A stretch of DNA of 64,000 nucleotides, taken from contig CAWCXJ010000001.1 of the NCBI GenBank assembly GCA_963799485.1, positions 160,001 through 224,000 on the forward strand. Reading direction: 5' to 3'. This document shows positions 53,541 through 63,960 of the stretch, piece after piece; positions within the stretch are counted from its first letter, which is position 1, and every line of letters starts with the position of its first letter. The DNA is from an uncultured Trueperaceae bacterium. Its GTDB lineage: Bacteria; Deinococcota; Deinococci; Deinococcales; Trueperaceae. The translations under genes and the position numbers were made by a program. Below the pieces are notes generated by a model that saw nothing but the letters and a program-made list of their open reading frames with translations, had not been told where the DNA came from and made no database searches.

Positions 53541-54920
53541 ATGGCGCTACTTATCCAAAACGGCGAAATCATCACCGCCGACAAGCGTACCAAAGCCGAC
53601 ATCTACATCGAAGACGAAACGATCACTGAAATCGGTGAAAACTTAGAGGTTCCCGAAGGCACCGAGGTCATAGACGCTTCAGGAAAATATGTATTCCCCG
53701 GTTTTATCGACCCGCACGTGCATATCTATCTGCCGTTTATGGGCACCTATAGCAAAGACACGCACGCTAGCGGCTCGCAGGCGGCGCTTTTTGGCGGCAC
53801 CACGACCTTTATCGAGATGTGCGCCCCGGCAGGGAGTGAAGATACGCTCGCGGGTTACCAGCACTGGAAATCTCTGGCGGAGGGCAACGCCGCGTGTGAC
53901 TACGCCTTTCACATGGGCGTCACCCGCTTCGATGAGCAAACCGAAATGCAGCTCCGCGAGATTGTCGCGGACGGTACGGCGTCGTTCAAGGTCTTTTTGG
54001 CCTATAAAGGTGCTTTTAGCTTGGGCGATGAGGAGCTTTACAAAACGTTGACGCTCGCTAAAGAACTCGGCGTCATCACCACGGCGCACACCGAAAACGC
54101 CGAGCTGGTCGCGCAGCTGCAGCAAAAACTTTTGCGTGAGGGCAAAACCGGCCCCGAATGGCACGAACCGAGCCGCCCGGAATACGTCGAGGCGGACGGC
54201 GTGCATCACTTTACGACGTTTCTAGAAGCAACCGGCGCAAGGGGGTATATCGTTCACCTGTCGTGTGAACCGGCTTTGGACGCAGCTTTGGAAGCGAAGG
54301 CAAGGGGCGTCAACGTCTCCATCGAAGCGGTTATTCCCCACCTGTTACTTGACAAAACCTACGCTGAACGCCCCGACTTCGAGGGCGCAAAACACGTCAT
54401 GAGCCCGCCCTTACGTGACAAACGCAATCAGGCCGTACTCTGGGAGGCGTTAGAACGCGGCGACATCAGCACCGTCGGTACCGACCACGCGCCGTTTGAT
54501 ACGACTCAGAAGGCGATGGGCAAGGGCGACTTTACAAGGATTCCCAACGGCATCCCGGCGATTGAAGACCGGGTGAACCTGCTCTATACCTACGGGGTCT
54601 CGAGGGGCGGCCTAAACATCCACCGGTTTGTAGACGCCGCCAGCACGCAAGCTGCCAAGCTGTTCGGCCTCTATCCCCGTAAAGGCACTGTAGAAGTCGG
54701 CAGTGACGCCGATTTGGTGATTTACGACCCCGAGTATCGCGGCACATTATCCGTTAAAACGCAGCATATGAACGTCGACTACAGCGGCTTTGAAGGCGTT
54801 GAAATAGACGGCAAACCCGAAGTCGTGACGGTGCGGGGCGTGGTTCAGGTTAGAGACGGGCAGTTCGTCGGGGACAAGGCGAGAGGCAAGTTTTTACGGC
54901 GTGAGACGCTAGGCGGTTAG
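53541..54920 (+). CDS. hydA: Dihydropyrimidinase
   Basis: PGFIDPHVH, SFKVFLAYK, HTEN, SPPLR, TDHAPF. Confidence 0.95.
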   Translation: MALLIQNGEIITADKRTKADIYIEDETITEIGENLEVPEGTEVIDASGKYVFPGFIDPHVHIYLPFMGTYSKDTHASGSQAALFGGTTTFIEMCAPAGSEDTLAGYQHWKSLAEGNAACDYAFHMGVTRFDEQTEMQLREIVADGTASFKVFLAYKGAFSLGDEELYKTLTLAKELGVITTAHTENAELVAQLQQKLLREGKTGPEWHEPSRPEYVEADGVHHFTTFLEATGARGYIVHLSCEPALDAALEAKARGVNVSIEAVIPHLLLDKTYAERPDFEGAKHVMSPPLRDKRNQAVLWEALERGDISTVGTDHAPFDTTQKAMGKGDFTRIPNGIPAIEDRVNLLYTYGVSRGGLNIHRFVDAASTQAAKLFGLYPRKGTVEVGSDADLVIYDPEYRGTLSVKTQHMNVDYSGFEGVEIDGKPEVVTVRGVVQVRDGQFVGDKARGKFLRRETLGG

Positions 54921-54921
54921 C

Positions 54922-55734
54922 TTGACGGTGCAAACGCAGTCGCAAAGCCAGAGCCGGCGCTCAGAAAGTTCTCCGGTTATCTCAATCCGTGACTTGTCGA
55001 TGGTCTATAAAGCCAGGGCAGGGGAGACAGTAGCGCTGCAAAACGCTAATTTGACGGTTCAGGGGGGCGAATTTATCAGCCTCATCGGGCCTTCGGGGTG
55101 CGGCAAAACGACGCTTTTACGGCTGATTGCCGACCTCATCGAACCGACCTCCGGTGAACTGCGCGTTGCGGGCAAAACGCCCCGGGAGGCGAGGGGGGCG
55201 CGCGAGTACGGTTACGTCTTTCAGGCTCCGGTGTTATACGAGTGGCGCACCGTGATTAAAAACGTGATGTTGCCTCTAGAGATCATGCGGTTTCCCAAAG
55301 CCGAGCAGCGGGAGCGGGCTTCACGTTTACTCAAACTCGTCGGTCTGCAAGATTTTCACAACCAATACCCGTTTCAACTCTCCGGCGGGATGCAGCAGCG
55401 CGTTTCGATTGCCAGAGCTCTGGCCTTCGACCCCAAGCTGCTCTTGATGGACGAACCTTTTGGTGCGCTCGATGAAATCACCCGCGAGAGCATGAACGAC
55501 GAGCTCCTGCGTATCTGGCAAGAGACGCATAAAACGGTGGTATTTGTGACCCACTCAATCCCTGAAGCAGTTTTTTTATCGTCGCGTATCGTGGTGATGA
55601 CGCCGCGTCCCGGCAAGATTGAACGCGTTATCGAGGTGGATTTGCCCTATCCGAGAGACGAAAGCGTGCGCGAGTCGCGGCGCTTTTTCGAGCTGACGAC
55701 CGAGGTGCGCGAAGCGCTTAAAGGAATGCACTAG
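54922..55734 (+). CDS. ABC transporter ATP-binding protein (NitT/TauT family)
   Basis: GPSGCGKT, LSGGMQQR, LMDEPF. Confidence 0.95.
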   Translation: MTVQTQSQSQSRRSESSPVISIRDLSMVYKARAGETVALQNANLTVQGGEFISLIGPSGCGKTTLLRLIADLIEPTSGELRVAGKTPREARGAREYGYVFQAPVLYEWRTVIKNVMLPLEIMRFPKAEQRERASRLLKLVGLQDFHNQYPFQLSGGMQQRVSIARALAFDPKLLLMDEPFGALDEITRESMNDELLRIWQETHKTVVFVTHSIPEAVFLSSRIVVMTPRPGKIERVIEVDLPYPRDESVRESRRFFELTTEVREALKGMH

Positions 55735-55735
55735 G

Positions 55736-57577
55736 GTGCGAAAGAGGGTTTCTGCCTTTTTCCCTGTTTTGTTAGTCCTTATCGGCCTAATTTTGCTCGG
55801 CTATCCACTGGCGCTGCTATTTGGTTTACCTTTGGCTCTAAGAGACATGCGCGATTTGCGAAAGTGGGACAAAGCGACGGTGACGGCGAGACCGCCACAG
55901 CAACTCGAGGGTAGAACGACCTTAACTTTTACCAACGCGGCAGAAAAAGGTGTCCTTGTTCGGGACGGCGCGCCGCTGCGGATGCTCTATGCTCAGTCGG
56001 GTGCAGACGTAACGCTGGACGCAGAACCTACCGCGCCGCTCGTAACCTGGGGTGAAACGTTGACCCCGGTATCGGCGACGCTTTACCGGTACCCCGGCGA
56101 GTTACCCGACCCTTTGATGCTCTATGTCGGCAATAAGCTCTTGGTAGAGGGCGCGACCCCGGCTGCCGAAACGCCCGATGATGTGCGCACGACGTTTACC
56201 TTCGGCGACGCGTCCGGCCCTGTGTTGCTGGACGACGAAGTTTTGGCTGAAGGTCAATACACCGTTCAGGGCGACGCGCTGACTTTTACCAAAGCGCCAA
56301 GTTTTGGGAGCGTTTTACGGCGCGTTACGGATGATTACGCGGTTTTAGACGAGGGTAAAAGCACCGTCGTTTTTACGGCACCGCCGCAGGGAGCGGTGCG
56401 CGCCGTAAAGAGTGTCGTCCGGCTTGCCGAGCGCCTTTCGGGAGACGCAGACGGGACGAACCGCACGTTTACCTTTGCCCAAACACCCGTCGCCGAGACC
56501 GAACCCTACGACGTTTATGTGGACGGTACGCTTTTGTCAAGCGACGATGAGCGCCCGAACGAGCGGGTAGACGGTGAGCAGAAAACGTTTACCTTTGAAA
56601 GTAGCGAAGGAATCGTTACGGTAGACGGTGCGCCGCAAACCGAGGGCGAAGCCTATACGCGGGACGGTTTTACGGTGACGTTTGCCCAAGCGCCCGCCCG
56701 TAACGCGCAGCTCCGGCAGTATCCGGGTGCGTTTTTGAGCAATTTTGAAACAGGTGAAGTGCTGCTGGCCCGGACGCCTCCGGTGGGTGCAACGGTCTGG
56801 ACGGACGCTTACACGATCTACGCGCAACCGGGCTGCGGGGCAAACGTCATAGCGTGTTTTCTGGCCCTGCCGCAACATCCGGTGCCCTTTCCGCACTGGA
56901 TTGCTGCGCGCGTCGTCCCGTTTTTCGATAAGTTTCCGCTCGCTGATGAGCGCAACATCGTTCGGGCGGTGCTCTATACGGCTGCCGGAACGCTTTCGGC
57001 GCTGGCGCTCGGGGCGGCGGTCGGAACGCTGCTGGCGGTGCTGTTTGTGCTGGTGAGGCCCGTGGAGCGCGCCCTCTTGCCGTGGCTCGTCGCGTCGCAA
57101 ACGGTGCCGATTATCGCGCTCGTACCGGTGTTGCTGCTGATTTTGGGTAACGCGGGTATCACCATTCAAACATCGCTATTACCGACGGCGCTCATCGGCG
57201 CGTATATTGCGTTTTTTCCAGTCGTTGTCGGTACCGTAAAAGGTTTGCGCTCGGTTGACCCGCTGTCACTCGATTTGATGAAATCCTACGCGGCGACGCC
57301 CGTGCAGCTTTTTCTAAAGGTGCGGTTTCCGGCGGCGGTGCCGTTTTTGTTTACCTCGCTCAAACTGGCGGCGGCGGCGGCGCTCGTCGGGGCGCTCGTC
57401 GCTGAAACCGAATCGAACAACCGGCGTGGTTTAGGCTTTCAGATTTTGGGTCAGGTGCAGTCCGGCAACGTGGCGGACGTGTGGATTTTGCTGCTGATTT
57501 CGGCGCTCTTGGGGATTGGGCTCGTCGGGCTCGTCGGTTTGTTGCAACGCTTTATCGCACCGTGGGAGCGTTCGTGA
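55736..57577 (+). CDS. ABC permease (NitT/TauT) with large extracytoplasmic beta-repeat insertion
   Basis: N-term TM, ~350-aa beta-rich region, C-term QTVPIIALVP/FFPVV permease core. Confidence 0.85.
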   Translation: MRKRVSAFFPVLLVLIGLILLGYPLALLFGLPLALRDMRDLRKWDKATVTARPPQQLEGRTTLTFTNAAEKGVLVRDGAPLRMLYAQSGADVTLDAEPTAPLVTWGETLTPVSATLYRYPGELPDPLMLYVGNKLLVEGATPAAETPDDVRTTFTFGDASGPVLLDDEVLAEGQYTVQGDALTFTKAPSFGSVLRRVTDDYAVLDEGKSTVVFTAPPQGAVRAVKSVVRLAERLSGDADGTNRTFTFAQTPVAETEPYDVYVDGTLLSSDDERPNERVDGEQKTFTFESSEGIVTVDGAPQTEGEAYTRDGFTVTFAQAPARNAQLRQYPGAFLSNFETGEVLLARTPPVGATVWTDAYTIYAQPGCGANVIACFLALPQHPVPFPHWIAARVVPFFDKFPLADERNIVRAVLYTAAGTLSALALGAAVGTLLAVLFVLVRPVERALLPWLVASQTVPIIALVPVLLLILGNAGITIQTSLLPTALIGAYIAFFPVVVGTVKGLRSVDPLSLDLMKSYAATPVQLFLKVRFPAAVPFLFTSLKLAAAAALVGALVAETESNNRRGLGFQILGQVQSGNVADVWILLLISALLGIGLVGLVGLLQRFIAPWERS

Positions 57578-58488
57578 GGGCGCTCGCGGCTACCACCGTC
57601 ACGCTGCTGGGTTTTGCCGGAGCGTTCTGGACGGTTACGGGCGACGTTACGCCAACGTACTGGCTTCGGTTCTGGGGCTTTTTGCTGCTCGCGTGTGCCG
57701 CGGCGGGGCAGGGGGGGCGTTCACGTTTGGGACAGCTCTTGCTCCCGGCAGCGGTGCCGTTCGTCTTACTGCTTTTGTGGCAAGGTCTGGTCGTCGGTTT
57801 CGGCGTCCCCAAAGGCATTTTTCCAAGTGTGACCGACGTCTGGTCGTCGCTTTCGGCAACATTTCCGGTGCTTGTCAGAGACGCTTATGTGACGTTCGTC
57901 AAAGAGATTTTGCTCGGATTTGCGATTGGGTTTACGGCGGGTGTCTTGGCGGGCATCGGGGTTGCCGGAAGTGTTTTTTTGCAACGCGGGTTTCTGCCGC
58001 TGGCGGCGGCGTTCGGGGCGGTGCCGATTGTCGGGCTGGCTCCGGTCTTGGGCCGCGCGTTCGGCGTCGGGTGGGAGTCGAAGGCGGCGGTGGTCGTCAT
58101 CGTCACGTTTTTTCCGGTGTTGCTCAACACGGTGCAGGGGCTGTTGTCGGTTGATGTACTCAAGCTCGAGCTCCTCCGCGCCTACGCCGCCAAACCGTGG
58201 GAAGTCTTTGTCAAGTTGCGTTTACCCAACGCTGCGCCGTATCTGTTCAACGCACTTCGGCTCGCGGTTGTCTTGTCGATTGTCAGCGTGATCGTCGCCG
58301 AGTTTTTGATTCCGGGGCCGCCCGAGGGCTTGGGTCAGCGCATCTCGCTCTCGGCGCGGCGGGGGGCGTATGATGTGGTGTTCGCCGCCATTTTCGTCTC
58401 GAGCCTCGTCTCTATCGTTCTCTACAACGTCGTCGCCTGGGCAGAGCGGCGCACGACCCGCTGGCACGCGTCGTTTAGGGAAGACTGA
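57574..58488 (+). CDS. ABC permease (NitT/TauT family)
   Basis: VPIVGLAP, FFPVLLNT, KLRLPNAAPYLF; GTG overlaps upstream stop. Confidence 0.92.
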   Translation: MRALAATTVTLLGFAGAFWTVTGDVTPTYWLRFWGFLLLACAAAGQGGRSRLGQLLLPAAVPFVLLLLWQGLVVGFGVPKGIFPSVTDVWSSLSATFPVLVRDAYVTFVKEILLGFAIGFTAGVLAGIGVAGSVFLQRGFLPLAAAFGAVPIVGLAPVLGRAFGVGWESKAAVVVIVTFFPVLLNTVQGLLSVDVLKLELLRAYAAKPWEVFVKLRLPNAAPYLFNALRLAVVLSIVSVIVAEFLIPGPPEGLGQRISLSARRGAYDVVFAAIFVSSLVSIVLYNVVAWAERRTTRWHASFRED

Positions 58489-58660
58489 AGTCGCCTCTAA
58501 TACTATGTTTTACGTGGGGTAGCGCGAGCGCCTCCCCCTGCCTGACACCTCTCAGTTTCAGCCGTAAAAACAAGCCTGACAAACCTCGCTCGTTGCAACA
58601 TGTACACTCCGCCCGATACACTGTAATGACGTTTACAGAACGTTCATCCAAGGAGGCAAT

Positions 58661-59707
58661 ATGAAGCGAATTTTAGTCGGTTTGGGAATACTGCTCCTTT
58701 CGGGTTTAGTGTCGGCCCAAGACCTCATCGACGTGACCTTCCAGTCCAAGTGGTTTCCCCAAGCGCAGTTCGCGGGCTACTTTGTGGCGCAGGCCAAAGG
58801 CTTTTACGAAGAAGAAGGGCTGAACGTCACGGTGTTAGACGGCGGTAACGTCAACCCGACCGTACAGGTCGCTTCGGGCAACGCCGACTTCGGCACCGAC
58901 TGGATCGCCAACATGCTGGTGCAACGTGAACAGGGCCTAAACGTCGTGCAGATCGCGCAGATTTACCAGGCTTCGGGCTACCGGATGGTCGCTCTCAACG
59001 ATTCGGGTATCGAAAGTTTTGCCGACCTTGCGGGCCGCACCGTCGGTGTTTGGGGTTTTGGCAACGAGTTCGTCGCCCAGGCGGTTTTCGCGGCTGAAGA
59101 CATCACCTCCGACCTCGACCCGACCGTCACCGACCCGGACGTAAACGCCGTCGTCTACGCGTTCGACCCGTCTTTGGTGTTTCCCAACGAGGTTGACGTC
59201 GCCTCGGCGATGACCTACAACGAACTCGATCAGATCGTCGGGCTCGGCTATGGGCTGGACACGCTGACCCTGCTCGACCCCGCCGACATCGACGCGGCTT
59301 TGCTCGAGGATTTGATCTTCACCACCCCCGAACTCTTACAAAATCCCGACTTTAAGGGCTCCGGCGTTTCGGGCCGTGAGGTTGCCGAGCGCTTTTTACG
59401 CGCGACGATCAAGGGCTGGGAATACGCGGTTGCCAATCAAGAAGAGGCGGTCAGCATTGTTTTAGAGTCGTGCGGTGACACCTGTGCCGGGTCGGGCAGC
59501 ACGCAGAGCCCGCAGATTCACCAGACCTGGCAGATGGCCCGCGTCGCCGAACTCGTCGCGCCGGAAGACGACACCCGCGTAGGTGCGCTGAACGAAGAGG
59601 CGTTCAACCGCTCCGTTGAACTGCTGAACCAAGTCGGCCTGCTCTCCGAGCCGGTTGCGTATAGTGACGTAGTAGACGAAAGTGTATACGACGCTGTAGC
59701 ACAGTAG
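58661..59707 (+). CDS. NMT1/THI5-like substrate-binding protein
   Basis: KWFPQAQFAGYFVA, AMTYNE; AAGGAGG RBS. Confidence 0.92.
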   Translation: MKRILVGLGILLLSGLVSAQDLIDVTFQSKWFPQAQFAGYFVAQAKGFYEEEGLNVTVLDGGNVNPTVQVASGNADFGTDWIANMLVQREQGLNVVQIAQIYQASGYRMVALNDSGIESFADLAGRTVGVWGFGNEFVAQAVFAAEDITSDLDPTVTDPDVNAVVYAFDPSLVFPNEVDVASAMTYNELDQIVGLGYGLDTLTLLDPADIDAALLEDLIFTTPELLQNPDFKGSGVSGREVAERFLRATIKGWEYAVANQEEAVSIVLESCGDTCAGSGSTQSPQIHQTWQMARVAELVAPEDDTRVGALNEEAFNRSVELLNQVGLLSEPVAYSDVVDESVYDAVAQ

Positions 59708-59791
59708 CAGTGGCTATGGCTGCGCTTGCTGCAGGGCTCGAGGAAGTCGAACAACTTTTGTGTGGGACTTGTTTCGGCGCACCGCAAACAC

Positions 59792-59841
59792 AAAAAACAC
59801 CCCGCACCGCCGTAAGGGTGATGCGGGGTGTACGCTTTTTT
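59792..59841. terminator. Terminator hairpin after pyrimidine operon
   Basis: ACACCCCGCA...TGCGGGGTGT with A-run and T-run flanks. Confidence 0.65.
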
Positions 59842-60378
59842 ACCGTACTTTCCGGCACCGAACGCTACCGAACGCTTTAGCTGCGTTCGGACACAAAGCT
59901 CAGTTTGAACAGCGGTTCATTGTAAGGCTCATCTTTGTAACGCAAAATAAGTGCAATCATCAGCGCGACCGCATAGTGAAATTGGGGCAACCCGAGACAA
60001 AAAGCCGTGATAAGTAGGGCGAGGATGACGAAAAACCAGACGGTATTGTGACGCATCAGCTCCCCAGTACAGGCCGAAGCCCCAGATAAGATAAGCTGAG
60101 TTTAGCACGATGTGAAAAATCTCATAGCACTTTGGGTCTAGTCCTTCTGGCGAATTCGGCGGACGTACCAGTATCACAGCCGCCGTCTGTAGGAGCAGAT
60201 TGAGTCATGACTTTCGCCAGCGGAAGGCTTGCTATCCTCAAAATGTGATCGGCAGAATTCGACCAGCTTAGGAGCCTCGGTAACAAGACGGCACCTTGCA
60301 AACTGACCGACACACTACAGGCACCCAAACGGCAAACTGACCCGATGTACAGGGGCAGTCCTTGCGTCTGTCACGTAG

Positions 60379-60455
60379 TGGTGGGCCCTGTTGGACTTGA
60401 ACCAACGACCAATCGATTATGAGTCGACTGCTCTAACCAACTGAGCTAAGGGCCC
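60379..60455 (-). tRNA. tRNA-Ile2 (CAT anticodon, lysidine type)
   Basis: GGGCCCTTAGCTCAGTTGGTTAGAGCAGTCGACTCATAATCGA...GGGCCCACCA; ileX-like rather than Met-like body. Confidence 0.93.
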
Positions 60456-60512
60456 CAAGACCTTACACGACTTTATCATGGGCCTCGAGGGTGCGCCAAG
60501 TAAACTGGAGGT

Positions 60513-62297
60513 GTGCATCGTGCTGTGCGCTTTTTCCTGCTTTTTCTGCTCGTCCTGAGTACCGGGTATCTTGCGTGGCTACTCTTTTACCCACGCCCAC
60601 TGCCGCTGCCTTTGGTCACCGTCGGCTTCGAAAACCCCTATCAAAAACCTTTGCTTGCCGACTACGAACGCCTTTTTAAGGCGGAGTTGCGCGGAGATAC
60701 CGGCACGCTCGAGCAGTTTGTCAAAGCCGCCCCGAACAGCTATTTGCGCTACCGCACCCTCTTAAACCTCGCGCGTACCCCGCAGCTTCCGGCCAAGGTG
60801 CGGCTCGCATATCTGGAGCAGGTGCTGGCGTTTGACCTCATCTCACCGCTTGCTCGCGACGACGTAAAAAGGGCGCAGCTTGCGCTGGGCCGGCTCGCCG
60901 AAGAAGCCGGAGCTACCGCCCGCGCCGCTACCGCTTACGGGGAGGCGCTCCCGCAAGAGGCTGCGTTTCGGGGACTCCTGCGGCTGAACCTCGAGCCCCG
61001 CACGCTGGCCCGGATTTTTCTGGACGCCCGCGACCCCGAACGGGCGCTCACAGCGCTCAAGGGTATTGCGGCACCGGAACTGCGCGCACCCGCCCTCGCC
61101 GCCGTAGGCGACCCTGCGCGGGCGCTCAAGGTGTATAACCGCCTACTCACGCAGCAACCAAACGACGTGGCGGCGCGCCGGGGAAAGTTCGGCGTGCTTT
61201 TGTCGCTGGGGCGCTTTCGTCAAGCGGAGGCGGTCTTGAAAACGTTGCCCGGTTCACTCGCGGCCCAAGTTCAGCTCGCCGAAGCCGAGGACGATCCCGA
61301 CGCGCGCCTCGCGGCGTATCTGGAACTCGGCGACGCCCGCAGCTTGTGGCTGGCAGCGGGGATTATCGAGGCGCAGGGCGACGCCGCGGCTGCCTTGCCG
61401 CTTTACTTAGAGCTTGCTCGAGACGCCCCGAGTGACGCCAACGACTACCGCGACGACGCGGCCTTTCGCGCTTACACCCTCGCCACCCGCGCCGGTGATG
61501 CGGAGACTGCTGGCGCGGCGGACGCCCTTATTCCGGCGGACAGCTTTTTCAGCCTGCTCCGGGGACGGTCGCTGCCCGCTTTTAACCAACCCCTACGGCG
61601 CGTGACGCCGCCTGTGCTCGAGCTGTCCCGAGTCCTCCGCCAAGCCGGGGATACCGAAGCGGCTTTGGGCGAACTGCTCGTTGCGCTCTCCCGAAGCCGT
61701 GACGAAGCCACTACTGTGGCTCTAGCCGAAGCGTTACAGGAGCTGGGTGAATTCGGCTCGAGTTCACTTGCGGCGAGCACCTATGTTCAGCGTGGCAGCC
61801 GCGCCCGCCGTACCTACCGGGCCGCGTATCCCCAGGCTTACAAACCGACCGTCCGGGCTCAGGCGCGTGCTTACGGTCTGCCCCCGGCGCTCCTCTGGGC
61901 GGTGATGCGCCAAGAATCGCATTTTTACCCCCGCGCCGTGTCCCGCTCCGGCGCGCAAGGCTTGCTGCAACTCGTACCGAGCACCTGGGATTACGTCGCC
62001 GAGCTGCTGGGTGAACCGCCCGCCGACCCTTTTAACCCCGCCGCCAACGTCCGTTACGGCGCATTTTATTTGTCAAGATTGTTGGGGCAGTTTGACGGCA
62101 AGCTGCCCGAAAGTATCGCCGCGTATAACGGTGGCCCCGGTTATATCAGCAGGTTGCTGGACGAACCGGCGCTGACGGTTACAACCGACCCTTACCCCGA
62201 CTTTCTCCGCGCCATCACCCGCGACGAAACCCGCGAATACGTCGCCCGGGTGATGATGAACTATGCGGTTTACGGCGAGCTTTACGGGCTGAAGTAG
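60513..62297 (+). CDS. Soluble lytic transglycosylase-domain protein
   Basis: N-term TM, helical repeats, MRQES, GAQGLLQL, AYNGGPG, ETREYV. Confidence 0.92.
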   Translation: MHRAVRFFLLFLLVLSTGYLAWLLFYPRPLPLPLVTVGFENPYQKPLLADYERLFKAELRGDTGTLEQFVKAAPNSYLRYRTLLNLARTPQLPAKVRLAYLEQVLAFDLISPLARDDVKRAQLALGRLAEEAGATARAATAYGEALPQEAAFRGLLRLNLEPRTLARIFLDARDPERALTALKGIAAPELRAPALAAVGDPARALKVYNRLLTQQPNDVAARRGKFGVLLSLGRFRQAEAVLKTLPGSLAAQVQLAEAEDDPDARLAAYLELGDARSLWLAAGIIEAQGDAAAALPLYLELARDAPSDANDYRDDAAFRAYTLATRAGDAETAGAADALIPADSFFSLLRGRSLPAFNQPLRRVTPPVLELSRVLRQAGDTEAALGELLVALSRSRDEATTVALAEALQELGEFGSSSLAASTYVQRGSRARRTYRAAYPQAYKPTVRAQARAYGLPPALLWAVMRQESHFYPRAVSRSGAQGLLQLVPSTWDYVAELLGEPPADPFNPAANVRYGAFYLSRLLGQFDGKLPESIAAYNGGPGYISRLLDEPALTVTTDPYPDFLRAITRDETREYVARVMMNYAVYGELYGLK

Positions 62298-62563
62298 CCA
62301 AAGAGGAGGTACGGGTTCTACCTTTGTCTACTTTGACTGTTAGAAAACTCGGCTTATCGACGTTACGGTAAACTCGCTCAGCGTGCGTTAGACCCAAGTT
62401 GTGGGCAAACTTTTGACCTATACCTAACCTAAAGGGGGAGAACTGCACCAGGGCAAAGCAGCACTTGAGAACACGTCATCCGTAAAAACATCTAGAACGC
62501 AACAAAGCTCGCGCAAACGGTGTTTTGTGCCTCGAGCCCACACCTCGCTCAAAGGGAGTAAAG

Positions 62564-63772
62564 ATGAAAGCAGTCGTATTTCACGCTATCGGTGACATCC
62601 GTTTAGACGACGTTCCCGAGCCGACCCTTCAAGACCCCAACGACGCTATCGTGCGGCTGACCGCGAGCGCGATTTGCGGCACCGACCTGCACATGATTCG
62701 CGGGACGTTTACCGGGATGGAAGAGGGACGTATTTTGGGTCACGAGGGTGTCGGTATCGTCGAAGCGGTCGGCGACGACGTACGAAACCTCGGTGTGGGC
62801 GACCGCGTGGTGATTCCTTCGACTGTCGGTTGCGGGTACTGTTCGTACTGCCGCGCCGGGTACTACGCGCAGTGCGACAATGCCAACCCGAACGGTAAAC
62901 GCGCCGGGACGACCTTTTTCGGCGGGCCGGAAGCGGCGGGCGGGCTCGACGGGATGCAAGCGGAAAAGGTGCGCGTCCCCTTTGCCAACGTCGGTTTGGT
63001 CAAGTTGCCGGACAACGTCACCGACGACCAGGCGATTATGATTTCAGACATCTTTCCGACCGGGTATTTTGGCGCTGACTTGGCTGAAATCGAAGCCGGG
63101 GACACAGTGGCAGTCTTTGGCTGTGGCCCGGTCGGGCAGTTTGCCATCCTGAGCGCCAAGCTTATGGGCGCGGGCCGGGTAATCGCCGTCGACCGGCATC
63201 CCAGCAGGTTGGCAGCCGCCAAAGCGCAAGGGGCCGAGGTTGTGAACTTCGACGAGGAAGACCCGGTAGAAACGATTGTGCGGCTTACCGGTGGTATCGG
63301 CGTCGATAGGGTTATCGACGCGGTCGGGGTGGACGCGCAGCACGCCGACCACGGCCCCGCCGCCCCGGAAGCGCAGGCGGAAAAGCAGTTCGACGCCCAG
63401 GTCGAGCAGCTTGCTCCGAAACAAAATCCCGACGGTGACAACTGGATTCCCGGTGACGCGCCTTCACAAGCGCTCGAGTGGGCGGTAGCGTCCGTTGCCA
63501 AGGCCGGAACGGTGTCGATTATCGGGGTTTACCCGCCGACGATGCAAACGTTTCCCATCGGACAGGCGATGAACAAAAACTTGACGCTCAAGATGGGCAA
63601 CTGCAACCACCGCAAGTACATCCCCAAGCTCATCGATCTGGTCGCTTCGGGGGTTGTCGATCCGGCCAAGGTGTTGACCGAAACCGAAAAGGTGCAAGAC
63701 GCTATCTCGGCGTATAAAGCGTTCGACGAGCGGCAACCGGGTTGGCTCAAGGTCGAACTCGAGCCCGCGTAG
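62564..63772 (+). CDS. Zinc-dependent alcohol/formaldehyde dehydrogenase (glutathione-independent type)
   Basis: ICGTDLH, GHEGVG, CGYCSYC..C, SDIFPTG, GCGPVG. Confidence 0.92.
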   Translation: MKAVVFHAIGDIRLDDVPEPTLQDPNDAIVRLTASAICGTDLHMIRGTFTGMEEGRILGHEGVGIVEAVGDDVRNLGVGDRVVIPSTVGCGYCSYCRAGYYAQCDNANPNGKRAGTTFFGGPEAAGGLDGMQAEKVRVPFANVGLVKLPDNVTDDQAIMISDIFPTGYFGADLAEIEAGDTVAVFGCGPVGQFAILSAKLMGAGRVIAVDRHPSRLAAAKAQGAEVVNFDEEDPVETIVRLTGGIGVDRVIDAVGVDAQHADHGPAAPEAQAEKQFDAQVEQLAPKQNPDGDNWIPGDAPSQALEWAVASVAKAGTVSIIGVYPPTMQTFPIGQAMNKNLTLKMGNCNHRKYIPKLIDLVASGVVDPAKVLTETEKVQDAISAYKAFDERQPGWLKVELEPA

Positions 63773-63960
63773 CCTGCTCGGCAACGCGCACAGCTAAAAC
63801 CCAAGCGCGTATCAACCTGCAGCGATTTGACCCTTAGGGTCTGCCGGGCCAAGTGTGCTGTGCTTAATACCCGCGCTCACTATACGCAGCTATGTGAAGC
63901 CTAAAACTTTAGGGTGATAAAAGCCGATTGTCAACAGCTATACCGCACTAAAGGAGCACT

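Noticed and set aside
60379..60455. tRNA-Met assignment
   Set aside because: CAT anticodon, but the body matches the Ile2 type and lacks initiator features
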